Positions 28,117 to 38,022 of a stretch of 64,000 bases of DNA are shown one piece after another; the stretch's first letter is position 1; every line of letters starts with the position of its first letter. The notes below the pieces were generated by a model, which saw only the letters and a list, made by a program, of their open reading frames with translations, made no database searches and had not been told where the DNA came from. The stretch lies in the IMG/VR virus record IMGVR_UViG_2751185817_000001; one strand, written 5' to 3'. The translations under genes were made by a program, and so were the position numbers. The stretch comes from a virus.

Positions 28117-30486
28117 ATGCAGGTATCGCAGATTAAGGAGCTCGACACGCACGCTGTCATCGGCGGTGGCAAAGCTCGATCGTTCTCGATGGCAGACTCC
28201 GCCGAGTTCTTCCAGGTTTTGTCCTCGACCCTCTACCGCGACAAGAAGCGCGCCATGATCCGCGAGGTTATCTGCAATGGCTGGGATGCGCACATCATCA
28301 GCGGCCGCACGGATCAGCCGCTCGAGATTACCCTCAACGATAACGAGATCGTCTTCCGCGATTTCGGTCCTGGCATTCCGGACGAGCTGATCGTTCCGAT
28401 CTATTGCGTCTACGGCGCGTCGACCAAGGTCAAGAGCGAGAAGGAGACGGGCGGTTTCGGCCTCGGCTCCAAGTCACCCTTCGCCTATTCCGACCATTTC
28501 ACTGTCACGAGCTGCCACAACGGCATCAAGAACGTCTACGCGCTGAGCCGAGGTGGTGTGGCGACTGACGGTCGACCCGAGATCCGCACGATCGTCAGCG
28601 TGCCGACGACCGAAACCGGCATTACCGTCACTGTTCCGCTGCACGATAAGGACGACAGAGCCGAGTTCTCGCGCCATATCTCGATTGTCACCTACCAAGG
28701 CGGCATGAAGGTCAAGCTGAACGACACGGCGCTGCGCACGCTCGACTACGATCCCGCGCGCAAGCAGGGCTTCTGCACCGTCGATGACTGGTTCGGCGCG
28801 ATGCACGAAGCACCAGTCTATTTGCTTTACGGCACGGTTCTCTACCCGGTCTCGACGACAGACACGGAAGTCTACAAGGCGGTGCGCGATGCCGGCGAGC
28901 TGATCGGTAAAAATCACAAGCTCGTGCTTGTCGCGCCTCCCAACTCGGTCGGCGTCACGCCCAGCCGCGAGTCCCTCTCGTATACGGACATGACCACCGA
29001 CACGATCCTGCGCCTCTTGCGCCGGGCTCACAAATCGATCCAGGCGGCTTTGCCGGCTGCCGGCAAGCGTGTGTTCGCTGAAGCCACAAAAGACTTCACC
29101 CTCGATCACGCACGCAGTAGCGACATGCCGAGCCTCTTGGTCAGCTTCGCTGCAGGCATTCGCGTTGAACCGCTCGATATCGCCGGTTTCATCATTCAGA
29201 ACGAACCAAAGCACGTTCGTGACCGGGTGAAGCTCAACTACTATTACGACGGGTTGATCAAGAACAGCCGCGACCTGCGGGCACCGCTGCGGAAGGCGCG
29301 CTGGCTTGGTCAAAAGATCGATAGCACCATCCAGCGCTATGATTTCAGCCGCTTTATCAAGCTGGCGATGAAGCTGAATCTCCTTGACGGCGCGATGATC
29401 TACGATGACGGCGAGGACTATTTCGGCAGCACGCGGCTGAAGAGCATTCGTGCCGGCATTAAGAGTTGCGGCGATATTGACCGTTGCATTTTCATTGCGC
29501 CCAATAAGCGCGAGCTTACCTCGATGATCGTCGCGCACAAAGAGGATCCGACCGAACGCACCGAAAAGCTCTACCTCGGTTTCGTCGTTGGAAAGAGGCC
29601 GTCAGAGGCATTCCTTGAGCGCATCGATGCCCTCTCCGAAAAGTTCAGGTTCTACACAGACGAATACGATTTCGCCTTCGAGAAGCCGAAGCTCGTTCGT
29701 GCCAAAAAGCCGACCGAGACGTTCCACAATCTCGACGACTACATGGACGATCGCAGCGTGGTCGAGGCTAAGCTCGAGTCGGCGCGATACTTCATGCGCG
29801 CCTATATCCATCACGGCACGATGAGAATCGGCATCGATGAGCCGTTCCGCTACAGGCTCGCCAAGCTGTTTCCGGGTATCGCGGTCGTCACGACGAAGGA
29901 TCAAGAGGCAAAGCTGCGAAAAGCGGGCGCAATCAACGTCTTCGAGGAGATCAACAGGCGTCTGAGTAAGCTGACCAAGAACCGGGAAGTTCAATATGGC
30001 TTGATGTTGCAAGACCATGCGTTCGTCGAGGGCTGGGAAAATTACTACGCTAATGAGTGTGGCGAAGTCGCCGTCAAGCTCGCAAATAAAGACCCGGATA
30101 TCGCCAAACTGATCTTCCCGGATCGCGTGAAGCTCGGCGAGACCTGGGAAGAGACCAAACGGCTCATCAGCGTCGCTCGGAACTTCCCGGTCAACGCACA
30201 GGAGTTGCCAATTGAAGTTCGCTGCGCCGATCCGATCAGCCTGATCCTGGAGAATGCACAGAAGACCTTCGGGCACCTGATCGTCAAATACGTCCACATT
30301 GAGGAAAGGCTCGGCTACCTCTCGATGCTCGTTAACTCCAATTGGGTCAACGGGAGCCTCTCCGTCAGCGCTGAACGGAAAGAGCGTTTGCTTGGCGTCA
30401 TCCGCTATTTGCAGCGCTGCGATAGTAAATCAAAATTGACTTCAGACAATACCAACGACGCCATCGCCCAGAAGGAGGCAGCATGA
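28117..30486 (+). CDS. rIIA-like protein (N-terminal GHKL ATPase)
   Basis: LSSTLYRDKKRAMIREVICNGWDAH, FRDFGPGI, YGASTK, GGFGLGSKSPFAYSD. Confidence 0.85.
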   Translation: MQVSQIKELDTHAVIGGGKARSFSMADSAEFFQVLSSTLYRDKKRAMIREVICNGWDAHIISGRTDQPLEITLNDNEIVFRDFGPGIPDELIVPIYCVYGASTKVKSEKETGGFGLGSKSPFAYSDHFTVTSCHNGIKNVYALSRGGVATDGRPEIRTIVSVPTTETGITVTVPLHDKDDRAEFSRHISIVTYQGGMKVKLNDTALRTLDYDPARKQGFCTVDDWFGAMHEAPVYLLYGTVLYPVSTTDTEVYKAVRDAGELIGKNHKLVLVAPPNSVGVTPSRESLSYTDMTTDTILRLLRRAHKSIQAALPAAGKRVFAEATKDFTLDHARSSDMPSLLVSFAAGIRVEPLDIAGFIIQNEPKHVRDRVKLNYYYDGLIKNSRDLRAPLRKARWLGQKIDSTIQRYDFSRFIKLAMKLNLLDGAMIYDDGEDYFGSTRLKSIRAGIKSCGDIDRCIFIAPNKRELTSMIVAHKEDPTERTEKLYLGFVVGKRPSEAFLERIDALSEKFRFYTDEYDFAFEKPKLVRAKKPTETFHNLDDYMDDRSVVEAKLESARYFMRAYIHHGTMRIGIDEPFRYRLAKLFPGIAVVTTKDQEAKLRKAGAINVFEEINRRLSKLTKNREVQYGLMLQDHAFVEGWENYYANECGEVAVKLANKDPDIAKLIFPDRVKLGETWEETKRLISVARNFPVNAQELPIEVRCADPISLILENAQKTFGHLIVKYVHIEERLGYLSMLVNSNWVNGSLSVSAERKERLLGVIRYLQRCDSKSKLTSDNTNDAIAQKEAA

Positions 30487-32069
30487 GCAAGAACACTGTA
30501 GTGATCGTGGCCGCAATCGCCGGTCAAAAAGGCATCACCCTCTATCATGAGGATGGGCGCGAGACGAACCTCACCCTCGAGGGCTGGCGCACGAAGCAGA
30601 TCATGGACAAGGTGACGCCCTATATCGCGCGTCATCAGAAGGTCGAGATCGATCTCGACAGCTTCGACGTCCATGCGCACATCGAGAAGAAGTCGGGCGG
30701 GCTGATCCGCTTCGTCAAGGAGAAGATCGCCTCTGTCCGGAGCTGGTTCAAGCCCGAGGCGGAAGATGAAGCTTCGAAGGGCGCAGAAGCGTTCGCACCG
30801 ACCGCGACTGTCGATGATGGCTCCTATGGCAAGCACACCTACGGCGTGCCGAAGGCTGATCCCGAGCAAGAGACGGTCGTCGCTATCATCGGCGACACGA
30901 GAGTGCCAGGCGTCGAGGCGCTCGAGGTTCACATGGAGCGAGCCATTGAGGCTGGCGACACTGAAGGCGTCGAGAACTTCATGAAGCGTTGCGCCGCAGT
31001 CATCGACAAGCGCGGCCACTCCATCCAAGAGCTCCTCAACTTCATGAAGAAGGGTGATCTGCCAATCGCGCGTGACGGCTCGATCATCGCTTACAAGGTG
31101 CTGAAGACGCAGGGCGACATCATCGTTGACTGCCACTCCGGCGAAGTGAAGCAGAAAGTCGGCTCGCGCGTCGTGATGGATGAGAAGCTGGTCGATCCAA
31201 GCCGACGCACCGAGTGCTCCTCCGGTCTGCACATCGCGCGTCGCGGCTACCTGCGGAACTTCGGCGGCAACGTGATCATGATGGTGAAGATCGCGCCGGA
31301 AGACGTGATCGCTGTGCCGATGGGCGAGCCGGACAAGATGCGTGTCGCTGCTTACCACGTCGTCGGCAGAATCCCGGATAAGGTTCACAATCTGCTGCGC
31401 TCGAACAAGCCGATGACTGGCGACGATGAAGCGAGCAAGCTGCTTGCGGACGTCATCACTGGTAATCACGTCGGTGTGCTCGAAGAGGTTCGCATCACTG
31501 GACCAAAGGGCAGTGGGCTGAAGATTACCCAACTGGTCGACCAGGCGCCCGAGATCATTCACGGCACCTCTGGTAGGGCCAAGGCGCTCGACGACGAGGT
31601 CCAGAAGCCGTCTGTGACCGTCAAGGAGATCAAGGACGCTGCGAAAGCGGCCGCGCCCGACATCAAGCCCGAGAGCGAGATCACCAAGCAGCACGTCCAG
31701 ATGATCAACGGCGATCTGCACGTCGACGGCAAGATCCTCGATATCAGCGAGGCAGCAGCGACCGGCGATATGAGCGCTGCGATCAACAATGCACCCTCGG
31801 CGGCTCCCGCGAAGAAGGCCAAGTCGATCACCAGGTCGAAGGGCGTTGCGCCTGATGCGATCGCGGTGAAAGTCAAGATGCCGGCGCTCGCTAAGAAGAA
31901 GGCGTATGACGGCCCTGAGCCCGAGAAGCCGCTGCCAGAGAAGCACACCCTCGCCCTCGTGCTGCATGCTGAAGGCAAATCCAACCGCGCGATCGAGGCG
32001 GAGCTCAAGATTTGCCGCAAGACCCTCAAGAAGCTGTTCGACAAGAACGGCCTGAAGCCCAACGGCTGA
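30483..32069 (+). CDS. rIIB-like protein
   Basis: LPIARDGSIIAYK, DCHSG, DPSRRTECSSGLH, VKIAPEDVIAVP, KMRVAAY; downstream of rIIA. Confidence 0.85.
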   Translation: MSKNTVVIVAAIAGQKGITLYHEDGRETNLTLEGWRTKQIMDKVTPYIARHQKVEIDLDSFDVHAHIEKKSGGLIRFVKEKIASVRSWFKPEAEDEASKGAEAFAPTATVDDGSYGKHTYGVPKADPEQETVVAIIGDTRVPGVEALEVHMERAIEAGDTEGVENFMKRCAAVIDKRGHSIQELLNFMKKGDLPIARDGSIIAYKVLKTQGDIIVDCHSGEVKQKVGSRVVMDEKLVDPSRRTECSSGLHIARRGYLRNFGGNVIMMVKIAPEDVIAVPMGEPDKMRVAAYHVVGRIPDKVHNLLRSNKPMTGDDEASKLLADVITGNHVGVLEEVRITGPKGSGLKITQLVDQAPEIIHGTSGRAKALDDEVQKPSVTVKEIKDAAKAAAPDIKPESEITKQHVQMINGDLHVDGKILDISEAAATGDMSAAINNAPSAAPAKKAKSITRSKGVAPDAIAVKVKMPALAKKKAYDGPEPEKPLPEKHTLALVLHAEGKSNRAIEAELKICRKTLKKLFDKNGLKPNG

Positions 32070-32123
32070 TCCCAGGCACCCGAGGGTCGGCAATGGTGCC
32101 GATCCTCAATCGCAGAGGAAATC

Positions 32124-32231
32124 ATGGCGACTTACTACCGCATCAAGAGCCGCTGCCGACGCAATCGGCAAGGCGCAGTCATTTTCATCGCCCTCGCGGT
32201 GGTCTTTCTGATCATCGACAAAATGTTCTGA
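32124..32231 (+). CDS. 35-aa membrane peptide (below ORF-track cutoff)
   Basis: GAGGA RBS; MATYYRIKSRCRRNRQGAVIFIALAVVFLIIDKMF. Confidence 0.5.
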   Translation: MATYYRIKSRCRRNRQGAVIFIALAVVFLIIDKMF

Positions 32232-32241
32232 GGAGAACCTA

Positions 32242-33006
32242 GTGATCGAAACCAAGTCTTTCGCAAACGCGCAGCCCATTCTGAACGCCGACGGCTCCAT
32301 CGCCGGCATTCGACACCAGGATCCGATCTACGGTAAACTGCCGGCCGAGCCTGTCGTTTTGCCCGAGCCGACCGTGACCAACGGCCAGCCGGTTCGCGGG
32401 CGCTACATGCACACGTCGAACGGCAAGAAATACTACCCGATGGACCCGCGCCCGAGCGAAGTCCATTCCGAGGTCATCGCGCACCACCTGGCGAACCGCT
32501 GCCGCTACAACGGCGCCACCCAGCACAAGATCTACCGCTCCAAGATCTTCTATTCCGTGGCTGAGCACTCGATTCTGGTCTCGCGCTACATCGAAGAGGT
32601 GCTCGGCAAGCCCGAATACGCGCTCGAAGGTCTGCTGCACGACGGCTCCGAGGCCTACAACGGCGATCTGATCCGGCCGCTCAAATACGATCCCCTCTTC
32701 CGCGCGCCGTTCCAGGTGGTTGAGGAGAAGAACGAGTGGGCCGGCGCCCTTCGCTTCAACCTCGTCTATCCGTATCCGAAGGAGGTCAAGATCGCCGACG
32801 AGGCCGTTACCGCGGCTGAAATCGAGCAAATGATCATCAAGGATCCGAATGAAGACTGGACGAACGGCAAGCCGCATGACGACAGTCGTGTTGCGCCCTA
32901 TGAGATTCAGATGCTCGATCCGTATCCGGCCAAGGAAGCGTTCCTCATGCGCCTCGAAGAACTCCTGCGGAAGCGCTCAAAATACGCTTTCATCCCAAGT
33001 TTTTGA
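32242..33006 (+). CDS. HD-domain hydrolase (YfbR-like nucleotidase)
   Basis: IAHHLANRCRYNG, YSVAEHSI, GLLHDGSEAYNGDL..PLK, KIAD. Confidence 0.85.
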   Translation: MIETKSFANAQPILNADGSIAGIRHQDPIYGKLPAEPVVLPEPTVTNGQPVRGRYMHTSNGKKYYPMDPRPSEVHSEVIAHHLANRCRYNGATQHKIYRSKIFYSVAEHSILVSRYIEEVLGKPEYALEGLLHDGSEAYNGDLIRPLKYDPLFRAPFQVVEEKNEWAGALRFNLVYPYPKEVKIADEAVTAAEIEQMIIKDPNEDWTNGKPHDDSRVAPYEIQMLDPYPAKEAFLMRLEELLRKRSKYAFIPSF

Positions 33007-33012
33007 TCTCTA

Positions 33013-33033
33013 TAGTCAGTAAATACTGATTGA
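33013..33033 (+). promoter_or_regulatory. operator-like motif
   Basis: tagtcagtaaatactgattga. Confidence 0.7.
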
Positions 33034-33050
33034 TTAACAAGGAAACGGTC

Positions 33051-33395
33051 ATGCACGAGCCACACATTGCAACAGCGCCCTCCTGGCCGGTGACGATTCA
33101 TATCGCCGGCGACTACCTGGATGCTCGTCGCGTCTGCCGAGAGTTCTGCGACAAGGTTGGGCTCTGCGTGACCGTTCATTCTGTCGACTACGTTTACACC
33201 GGAGACACTGAGCGGGGCGTTCGCGTCGGTCTAATCAACTATCCGCGCTTCCCAAAGACGCCGGGTCAGATCGAGGAGCAGGCTTACTTCCTCGCAATGA
33301 TGTTGCGCGAGCGCCTCGGTCAGGAAAGCTTCTCCATCGAGACGCCGCAAGAGACGACCTGGTTCTCGTGGCGCGAACAGGACGTTCGCAAGTGA
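33051..33395 (+). CDS. hypothetical phage protein
   Basis: AGGA RBS; YVYTG..E.GV.VGLINYPRFP segment. Confidence 0.7.
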   Translation: MHEPHIATAPSWPVTIHIAGDYLDARRVCREFCDKVGLCVTVHSVDYVYTGDTERGVRVGLINYPRFPKTPGQIEEQAYFLAMMLRERLGQESFSIETPQETTWFSWREQDVRK

Positions 33396-33643
33396 GCGTG
33401 TCTCCTGCAGCCGCTGAATGGCCGACGCACGTCGAGGAACTGAGCCGCAAGCTGAATGAGCAGCTTGAGCGCTACACCAAGGCGCATACCGACGGCAGGA
33501 TCAGTGATCGCGAGTTCTACCTGCTGGTCAATCTCATGTGGGATTTGACCTCGGGCCTCGTCTTCGAGAGCGACAGCCGCACGCTTGAGATGGTGCACGC
33601 CGCCCTGCGCGTGACGCTGAAGGGGCAGAAGAAGCATGGCTGA
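33392..33643 (+). CDS. hypothetical protein
   Basis: GTGA overlap with upstream gene. Confidence 0.6.
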   Translation: MSVSPAAAEWPTHVEELSRKLNEQLERYTKAHTDGRISDREFYLLVNLMWDLTSGLVFESDSRTLEMVHAALRVTLKGQKKHG

Positions 33644-34208
33644 GTTCGACAAGGATGCCTGGATTCTAGAGGCGATCGCCTGCCGATACATCATTCCGCG
33701 TGAAGATGGCACGGTCTGGCGCCGCAAGTGGATCTCGAAGGATCTGAAGTCGATGAGCCGCGAGGTTCATCAGATCAAGCAGCGAACACACAAGGCTGCG
33801 GGCCGGGTCTATTTCAATTTGACCTTCAAGGGGCTCACGAAATCGGTCCTCGTCAATCGCGTGATCGCCCTCGCCTTCCTGCCCAACCCGCTCAATCTGC
33901 CGCAGGTCAACCACATCGACGGCGACAAGAGCCACAACTACCTCAAGCAGCCGACGCCGGAGCTGATCGCCAAGTGGGGTGAATATCAGCTCGAATGGTC
34001 GACAGGTCGCGATAACGAGAAGCACGCGCACGCCAACGGTCTGAAGACTGGCCGTGGCTCGCAGAACTCGAACGCCAAGCTGACAGCGCCCCAGGTCCAG
34101 GAGATCCGCGCGTCCTCGGCGAGTCCCACGGCGCTAGCGAAGGAATACGGCGTCGCTCGATCTACGATCATTAACATCAAGGAAGGCAAGACATGGATAC
34201 ACGTCTGA
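33636..34208 (+). CDS. HNH endonuclease with C-terminal HTH
   Basis: VNRVIALAFLPNP..LPQVNHIDGDKSHN, LEWST..DN..HA, NAKLT...EIR...LAKEYGVARSTI. Confidence 0.85.
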   Translation: MAEFDKDAWILEAIACRYIIPREDGTVWRRKWISKDLKSMSREVHQIKQRTHKAAGRVYFNLTFKGLTKSVLVNRVIALAFLPNPLNLPQVNHIDGDKSHNYLKQPTPELIAKWGEYQLEWSTGRDNEKHAHANGLKTGRGSQNSNAKLTAPQVQEIRASSASPTALAKEYGVARSTIINIKEGKTWIHV

Positions 34209-34684
34209 AACCAAAGAGCGGACAATATCTGCTTCTTCATATGAACGTTCTCGCCCAGGCAGGAACCGTCGATGAGAGCGGCTTCAAATTCAGCGTCATC
34301 AATGGCGGGTGGAGCGGCCGCTATACGTTCGCGACCAACTCTATCTTCGTCGATGGCATCAAGGAGACCCGCGATTGCGAGATCCTCTGCGTTGATCAGC
34401 CGCCTCCGGACGTAGTGCGCGATGGTTATCACGCAATGATCCCTTGGATGCGTATCCGCGCTGGTATCGCCGATGAGCGCGACCTCCGCATGTTCGGCGG
34501 GAAAGTTCCGGAGCCGGAGTTCACCTTCACGATGACCTGCACCGAGCTTCACACCGCGACCTACACGGTCAAGGCGGCTTCGCGCGAAGAGGCGATGAAG
34601 AAGTGGGAGCAGCTCGACTGGTCTGCCGCTACCGATCGCACGCTGCAGGACAGCTCTGACATGGCACTTGAGGAGGCCGCATAA
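34193..34684 (+). CDS. hypothetical protein
   Basis: ORF in operon; coupled to next gene. Confidence 0.65.
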   Translation: MDTRLKPKSGQYLLLHMNVLAQAGTVDESGFKFSVINGGWSGRYTFATNSIFVDGIKETRDCEILCVDQPPPDVVRDGYHAMIPWMRIRAGIADERDLRMFGGKVPEPEFTFTMTCTELHTATYTVKAASREEAMKKWEQLDWSAATDRTLQDSSDMALEEAA

Positions 34685-35241
34685 TGGACCCTATTGAAGC
34701 AGGTCTCGACATCGAGACGACCGGCCTCGAATACGGCGATCACCGCATCATCGAAATCTACATCGGGCTCTATCGCGAGGATAAGCTCCTCAAGGAGCTC
34801 AATCAGCGCATCGACCCGCAGCGCTCGATCGCAAAAGAGGCGCAGGACGTCCACAAGATCTCATCCGCGGATCTCGTCGGTATGCCGATCTGGAACACGG
34901 TTGCTCCCGTCGTTCACGCATTCCTCGCCAAGGCTGACGTTCACGTCGCGCACAATTCGGGCTTCGACCTCCCGTTCATCGCCTATGAGCTGAAGCGCGT
35001 GGGTCTGGTCATGCCGGAGCGCCAGCAGATCGACACGATGCAATACACCTGGGCAACGCCTGACGGTAAGAAGCCGTCGCTGAAGGAGTTGTGCCTGGCG
35101 TGCGACGTTCCCTACGATCCGGCGCTCGCGCACGCCGCGGACTACGACGTCCATCGAATGATGGAGTCCCTCTTCAACGCGCGCCGCTTTGGCGCCGTCG
35201 AGCGTCCGTATATCGCCCCGCCGATGCAGCAAGCTGCCTGA
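34684..35241 (+). CDS. DnaQ-like 3'-5' exonuclease (DEDDh)
   Basis: GLDIETTG, VAHNSGFDLPF, IDTM, AHAADYDV. Confidence 0.92.
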   Translation: MDPIEAGLDIETTGLEYGDHRIIEIYIGLYREDKLLKELNQRIDPQRSIAKEAQDVHKISSADLVGMPIWNTVAPVVHAFLAKADVHVAHNSGFDLPFIAYELKRVGLVMPERQQIDTMQYTWATPDGKKPSLKELCLACDVPYDPALAHAADYDVHRMMESLFNARRFGAVERPYIAPPMQQAA

Positions 35242-35330
35242 TCTATCCTACCGAGTTCCAATCAATGACGCGCTATACAGACAATGCAAGCGAAAACAAC
35301 GATTTAAACGAACTCGCAAAGGAGATAGAC

Positions 35331-36134
35331 ATGAACGCATTGAACAGCACCACTGCTCTTGCCGGCGCAACCGCAAATCAGCTCGACGACCTCCTCGATG
35401 ACCTCGAGCTCGACGGGCTGGACAACGAGGAGATCTCGGACGAGGTGGAAGAGACCGTCGTTCTCGAAGCCGACGCCGTAGTCGAGGAGCCGGTTGTGAC
35501 GGATGAGGATCTCGAAAACGTCGACATCGACGCTCTTGAGATCAACCTCGACCGTGAGGAAGGCTACGCGAGCCAGGAAAGCGAACTGGACGTCGCAGAG
35601 AAGCCCGCTGACGCGGTTGCAGCAGCAAAGGGCACCTCGACGCCGAAGACGCCACGTGCGGCTTCTGCTCCGCGCGCCCCGCGTGACATGGCATCGCTCG
35701 ACGCGAAGGTCTTCGTTCTCGAAGGCGACGCGTCGACGATGGAAGATGGCGCACTCGAGGCGAACAAGACCGATGTGATGGCCGCAATCCCGTCGCAGAA
35801 GAAGATCGCCGAGAAGTTCGAAAACCTGTTCGCCGCCCTCAACGCCGGCAAGCAGCCCTCGGTCTACGTGACCCAGGCGTTCAAGCTCCTGGACGAGAAG
35901 AAGACCATCACCGGCACGGACATCACCACGATGTTCAAGGCGAGCTACAAGCAGGGCACGGCGCAGTCGCAGTCCGGCCAGATCATGACCCTCTTCGAAG
36001 CCGTCAAGATCGCCACGCGCCAGAAGAACACGCTGGTGCTGAACGATAGCTCGGTCGTCGCCGAGCGTCTGCGTGCGATCTTCGCCGCAGCAGCCAACAC
36101 CTCAACCCAGACCACGACCGCAGCAGCGGCGTAA
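35331..36134 (+). CDS. hypothetical protein; acidic N-terminus, putative winged-helix C-terminus
   Basis: GGAG RBS, ATG 35331; C-terminal ~90 aa resemble the 55558 and 57885 proteins. Confidence 0.7.
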   Translation: MNALNSTTALAGATANQLDDLLDDLELDGLDNEEISDEVEETVVLEADAVVEEPVVTDEDLENVDIDALEINLDREEGYASQESELDVAEKPADAVAAAKGTSTPKTPRAASAPRAPRDMASLDAKVFVLEGDASTMEDGALEANKTDVMAAIPSQKKIAEKFENLFAALNAGKQPSVYVTQAFKLLDEKKTITGTDITTMFKASYKQGTAQSQSGQIMTLFEAVKIATRQKNTLVLNDSSVVAERLRAIFAAAANTSTQTTTAAAA

Positions 36135-36177
36135 GCCTCCCAAGGCGCAGACCAACGGGGATATTGCGTCTCCGTTG

Positions 36178-36196
36178 GTCAATCAATATTGACTGA
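36178..36196 (+). promoter_or_regulatory. operator-like motif
   Basis: gtcaatcaatattgactga after a hairpin. Confidence 0.7.
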
Positions 36197-36233
36197 TTCC
36201 ACGGCGCATCCCATAAGGCGCCAACGAAAGGAC

Positions 36234-36710
36234 ATGGCAATGCCCCAGATGATTAATGGCCGGGAATTTCCGGCAGCCGGCGATGAGCTCGTCTTCCTCA
36301 ACGAGAATGGCTACGACAGCCAGCTCGAGGAGGCGCGCAGGCACTTCGTCAAGGACCAGGTCCTCAAGGTGAAGAATATCGACATTGGCGACTGGTCGAG
36401 CTCGATTGAGTTCGAGGAAAAGCCGGGTCAGCGCTTTAACAGCGTGATGTTCGAACCGCTCGGCGCCGACGTAGCGCCTGAAGTGCAGGAGCCAGCGCGG
36501 CGCGCGTATGAGCTGAGCGACCAGGAGCACTCGATGGTGCTCGCCGCGCTGCGGCTCTGGATCGACGTCGTGAACGACGGTGGCGAATACATCAACGAGA
36601 TGCTCCTGGATATCGCTACCAATGGCGAGGATCACGCTACCAATGGCGAGGATCACGCTCTGATGGATGACAAGGCGATCGACGCCCTCTGCGAGCGCAT
36701 CAATGTCTGA
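36234..36710 (+). CDS. hypothetical protein
   Basis: AAGGA RBS after operator at 36178. Confidence 0.7.
   Translation: MAMPQMINGREFPAAGDELVFLNENGYDSQLEEARRHFVKDQVLKVKNIDIGDWSSSIEFEEKPGQRFNSVMFEPLGADVAPEVQEPARRAYELSDQEHSMVLAALRLWIDVVNDGGEYINEMLLDIATNGEDHATNGEDHALMDDKAIDALCERINV
36614..36659 (+). repeat. perfect 21-bp in-frame tandem duplication (ATNGEDH x2)
   Basis: CGCTACCAATGGCGAGGATCA twice. Confidence 0.9.
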
Positions 36711-36930
36711 CGTCACGAACGCCGACCGCGCAGCCTGGGCCGCGATCGCTCTGGGCGCCTTCAAGGCGAGCCATCAGTGCGATGGCGACGATGTGGCGAA
36801 CATCAAGGATCTGATGACCGATCTGCTGCACCTGGCACGCCGGGAGTTCGGCGTGCGCGATGTTTATCAGCTCGCCCACTCGGCCGCGAACATGAATTTC
36901 TTCGAGCAGACCGAAGATAAGGAGGAATAG
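36703..36930 (+). CDS. hypothetical protein
   Basis: Coupled ORF; DLMTDLLHL segment. Confidence 0.65.
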   Translation: MSDVTNADRAAWAAIALGAFKASHQCDGDDVANIKDLMTDLLHLARREFGVRDVYQLAHSAANMNFFEQTEDKEE

Positions 36931-36932
36931 CC

Positions 36933-37454
36933 ATGTGGATCAACCTCGATGACGCCCAGGTCCGAGCGATCGAAAACGCGCTCGCCTACACCAACAGCGA
37001 CGTCAAGGAGATGATCAGCGATCTGATGGATGGCAACCAGGCGCTCAATCAGAAGCACATCGACGCGCTCGAGGCTCGGCAGAAGGAGCGTCAGGCGGTC
37101 CTCGACTATTTCCACGAGGAGCGCGCTGCTCACAACCCGGCTGATCCCTATCGCGCATATCTTCAGACCCAGGCCGATGACGACATGGGAGTCGACGATG
37201 ACGCCATCGTCTCGCTCGGCGACGATCCAGGTGCCTTTGTTCACGCGTGGATCTGGGTTCCGAACGGCAAGGCCGGCGTTGCAGACGAGAATGCGGACGA
37301 CTGCTCCGAAAGCGCCGACGAGGACAAGTGCTCCGAATGCGGCACCCCTCTCGATGATGCTGGCGACGGCTATGACGGCATGTGCCCTGACTGCGCTGAT
37401 CTCGCCGCGGCAAAAGACACCTATCCCGAAAACTGGACAAAGGACGACGGCTAA
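36933..37454 (+). CDS. acidic hypothetical protein with C-terminal zinc ribbon
   Basis: GGAGG RBS; CSECG...CPDC. Confidence 0.7.
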   Translation: MWINLDDAQVRAIENALAYTNSDVKEMISDLMDGNQALNQKHIDALEARQKERQAVLDYFHEERAAHNPADPYRAYLQTQADDDMGVDDDAIVSLGDDPGAFVHAWIWVPNGKAGVADENADDCSESADEDKCSECGTPLDDAGDGYDGMCPDCADLAAAKDTYPENWTKDDG

Positions 37455-37804
37455 TGACCAAGATTTTCGTATTTGGCTCGAACCTGGCCGGCATTCATGG
37501 CGCCGGCGCTGCGCTCTACGCGGTTCGACATCACGGCGCGATCCGGGGTCAGGGTGAAGGCCTGCAGGGCACCTCCTACGGCATCCCGACAAAGGACGAA
37601 TGGATCCGCACACGCGGCCTCGTCGAGGTCGAGAAGTCGGTCATGGTGTTCATGGACTTCGCCCGCGAGCATCCGGAGCTGAGCTTTTACGTCACGCCGA
37701 TTGGCTGCGGGCTCGCTGGTTACAAGCGTGAGCAGATCAAGCCGATGTTCGCGGACATGCCGGCCAACTGCCACTTCGCCGAGACCTGGGAGGATCCAGA
37801 CTGA
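37454..37804 (+). CDS. macro-domain-like protein
   Basis: IFVFGSNLAGIHGAGAA...YGIPTK...FYVTPIGCGLAG, similar to the macro-fold GGG/GxG loops. Confidence 0.55.
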   Translation: MTKIFVFGSNLAGIHGAGAALYAVRHHGAIRGQGEGLQGTSYGIPTKDEWIRTRGLVEVEKSVMVFMDFAREHPELSFYVTPIGCGLAGYKREQIKPMFADMPANCHFAETWEDPD

Positions 37805-38013
37805 TGAGCACGACCTATCCGACTGACGAGCGCATTCTCTCCTACGAGACCCTCGATCTCGCCGTGAAGACCGAGGCTGCACTCATCTACAACGCGCCCG
37901 ACGGCGATTTCTGCGCCAAGACCGTCATTCTCGACCGACGTAATTTCGAAGCTGCCGGCCAACCCATTCCCGAAACCATCATCGTGTCCGTCTCATTCGA
38001 CGGCCTGAAATAA
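37804..38013 (+). CDS. hypothetical protein
   Basis: Coupled ORF. Confidence 0.6.
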   Translation: MSTTYPTDERILSYETLDLAVKTEAALIYNAPDGDFCAKTVILDRRNFEAAGQPIPETIIVSVSFDGLK

Positions 38014-38022
38014 GGAGAAAAC

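Noticed and set aside
20607-32093. Long antisense ORFs (20607-22919, 30405-32093, 28474-29538 and similar)
   Set aside because: They are shadows of GC-biased codon usage opposite well-supported genes and have no recognisable motifs or RBSs.
36614-36659. 21-bp duplication as a functional signal
   Set aside because: A perfect in-frame duplication is most simply recent replication slippage or an assembly slip.
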